Origin: Anaeramoeba ignava BMAN
Lineage: Eukaryota; Protista; Anaeramoebae
Reading direction: 5' to 3'
Assembly (NCBI GenBank): GCA_028826165.1
Contig: JAPDFW010000099.1
Location: 179,066-243,065, forward strand
DNA length: 64,000 nucleotides
Position numbers and translations under genes: made by a program. The notes beneath the pieces were generated by a model that worked only from the letters and a program-made list of their open reading frames with translations, was not told the DNA's origin and searched no databases. This document shows, piece by piece, positions 62,001 to 64,000 of the stretch. The first letter of the stretch is position 1; each line of letters opens with the position of its first letter.

Positions 62001-64000
62001 TAGTTTGAAATAAAAAGTAAATATTAGACCATTTCTTAAATAATTCTGAAATATATTGCTTAAAGTTTGTGTAATTTGTTAATTGATTCAAAAAATCATA
62101 AATTTTATCAATACAAGTTCCAATAGGTATTAATTCATTTGGAGAATTATTCTTATTAAGTGAATTTTTAATAATTTCAAATTGAGAATCAAAAAATCTA
62201 TTCAATGAAAATTCTCCAAATTGATTTCTGTTTTGGTTTTGGTTTTGATTTTGATTAAATTCATTAACTAATTTGTAAATTGAATAAATTTTTTGAAATA
62301 TTTCCCAATCAATTTTTTGATAAATTTCTCTTAATGAAAACTTGGTTAATGAATTGATTTGTGATTCTTCGAAATGTAAAATAAATTTTTGGAAATCTTG
62401 AATATAATCTTTGAAAAATTGTTTTTCAGATTCATTAAATGAAATTCCAATCAAATCATTCAAGAAATTTTTCAGATATTTTTCAGAAATATTTTTCCGT
62501 TTAGAAATTTTTTTTGACCAATTTTCAATTGGTTCATCAACAATATCTTTCAAAATATCTTTGTTTTCTTGATGATAATCTTCTGTTATAACTTCATAAA
62601 AATAATGGAAAAATGAGAATTCGGAATTATCAAATTGATATTTCTGAATTTTATGATAAGGTTGAATTTGGATTAATTCAAAAATTTGTTTCCAAAAATT
62701 TTCCTTTTCTTTGCTTGTTGTTAAAATTAATTTGAAATTATCATTAACCATAATATAACTCAATAAAATTACAAAAATTGTTTCCAACTTCTTAATTAAT
62801 TGAGAATAAAGATAAGAATTAAAAGATTCATAACTTTGTTGCATTCTTAATTTTTGTGTTATTAATTCTTGAATATCCCATTGATAAAAACTTATATTTT
62901 CTTTTTTTCCTTTTTCAAACATAAATTTAAGTTTTTGGGAAAATTAAATCTTTCAAAAAGTTTTCATTTTTCTAAGAATGGTTTTGTGTCTTTTGATTTT
63001 TCAGGATTAATAAATTGAAGAATAGAAGAATTAAAAATTGTTCAAATAATTTTTCCCATTCTTTATCCAAAATATTTTCAAGAAAATTTAAATCTGAATC
63101 TTTTGATTCTGAAAAATGATTGGAAATTTTTGATTTCAGATAAAATATCATCAATATAAAAATATTCCAATTTTTCAAATGCAAAATGGAATTGAGTTTT
63201 GGATTGTTGAGTTGATGGAAGATGAACAATGAAAATTATCTTGCACTTAATTTCTTCATTTTTAATTAAATTTTCAATCATATATTTTGATTGATGGAAT
63301 ATTATTTCAGGAGAAATTGATGTTGGAGTGAAACGAATTATCAAAGCAAAATTTTCATCTTTATAAGGATTCGTCTTCATTTTTGGTTCTATTCCAAGTT
63401 TTTTTTTAACTTCTTTTTCAAATTGTGTATCATTTTCAATTTTAGAAAGTTCAATTTCTTTAAATTTAAAATTTTGAATTTGTTCAGATTTGATTTCTTG
63501 AGAAATTGATGAAGAAGTAAGAACAACTGAATATTGAATTTGTTTTGGAATTAATGTTGTTTGAATTAAATCATTCAAGTTATCGTGATATAAACCTGAA
63601 TATCTTTGCCAAATCTTATTTAAATATGAAATTTCTTTGGTATTTTTGTTTTTATCTTTTTTGATTGTTTTTAAATAAATTGAAAGAATTGATTCGTAAT
63701 TGCAAATTCTCATCCACATATTTACTCCTTCAACTCTTAAATAATCTTCTTTTTCTTGTTGTTCTTTTCCAAAAAGTATTTGTTGAAGTTTTGTTACTAA
63801 AGAAGGTAATAAATCAGAATGATATGAAACTAATAATTTCTCTTCTGTAATATCTGCAAATTTGCAAATTTTTTGGATAATTTCTTTTTGTTTCTGATAA
63901 AATCGAATAAATTCATTTCTGGTTATAAATTCTTCTGATATAGGTAAATATTTTTCAAATATATTCAAAATTGCTGGTGATTCAACATTATAAGCTCTTG
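59015..64000 (-). pseudogene. 3' portion of an RNF213 (mysterin)-like giant protein, interrupted by many frameshifts (pseudogene or unpolished assembly)
   Basis: LLVSYHSDLLPSLV and IIFIVHLP...FEKLEYFYIDDI resemble, from recall, the post-AAA motifs of RNF213 (F-x-GYHSD-x-x-ASVV; W-x-x-x-HIDDL). DLLPSFLKF...FKECW resembles its C-terminal lobe. Consecutive minus-strand ORFs switch frame at homopolymer runs with no obvious introns. Confidence 0.55.

Noticed and set aside
1-64000. Alternative genetic code (stop reassignment)
   Set aside because: Conserved genes (actin, clathrin, AP4E1, GPATCH1) translate with the standard code. Interruptions are frame changes or introns, not in-frame stops.
1-64000. 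Inteins, transposases, tRNA/rRNA genes, AT-AC introns
   Set aside because: No Hint, LAGLIDADG or DDE motifs and no unexplained insertions in the conserved proteins were recognised. No GC-rich structured RNA segment was seen. All introns I resolved are GT-AG. A profile search could still find divergent cases.

Overview
This is an extremely AT-rich eukaryotic (protist) genomic window using the standard genetic code and GT-AG introns. Intergenic spacers are often only 60-330 bp, while many introns and coding low-complexity tracts are inflated by hexamer-type microsatellites. The style (RCC1-BTB and RGS-DUF547 genes, AAAATT-filled introns) is reminiscent of Anaeramoeba (Metamonada); that assignment is inference only. 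Manual splicing of both strands gives 13 genes: RhoGAP (partial), PCF11-like with an in-frame internal tandem duplication, coiled-coil-RGS-DUF547, RCC1-BTB, a giant TPR protein with a separase/CHAT-like C-terminal motif, GPATCH1, an unknown coiled-coil protein, IQ-RhoGEF-PH-Kelch, AP-4 epsilon, clathrin heavy chain, a divergent actin, an ankyrin-repeat protein, and the frameshifted 3' part of an RNF213-like giant protein. There is also an 11-copy ~160-bp intergenic tandem array. The most notable hidden signal is a set of candidate 3-, 3- and 9-nt microexons in the ankyrin gene, each flanked by normal-sized introns. Other signals: a 41-bp inverted repeat bracketing that gene's last exon, an oriented TTTTCATTTT element upstream of most start codons, an actin lacking Gln137 and His73, and a clathrin box in AP-4 epsilon. 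Many ORF-track entries are repeat artefacts. No intein, transposase, RNA gene or CRISPR array was recognised. All domain calls come from motif recognition by eye, not from database searches.
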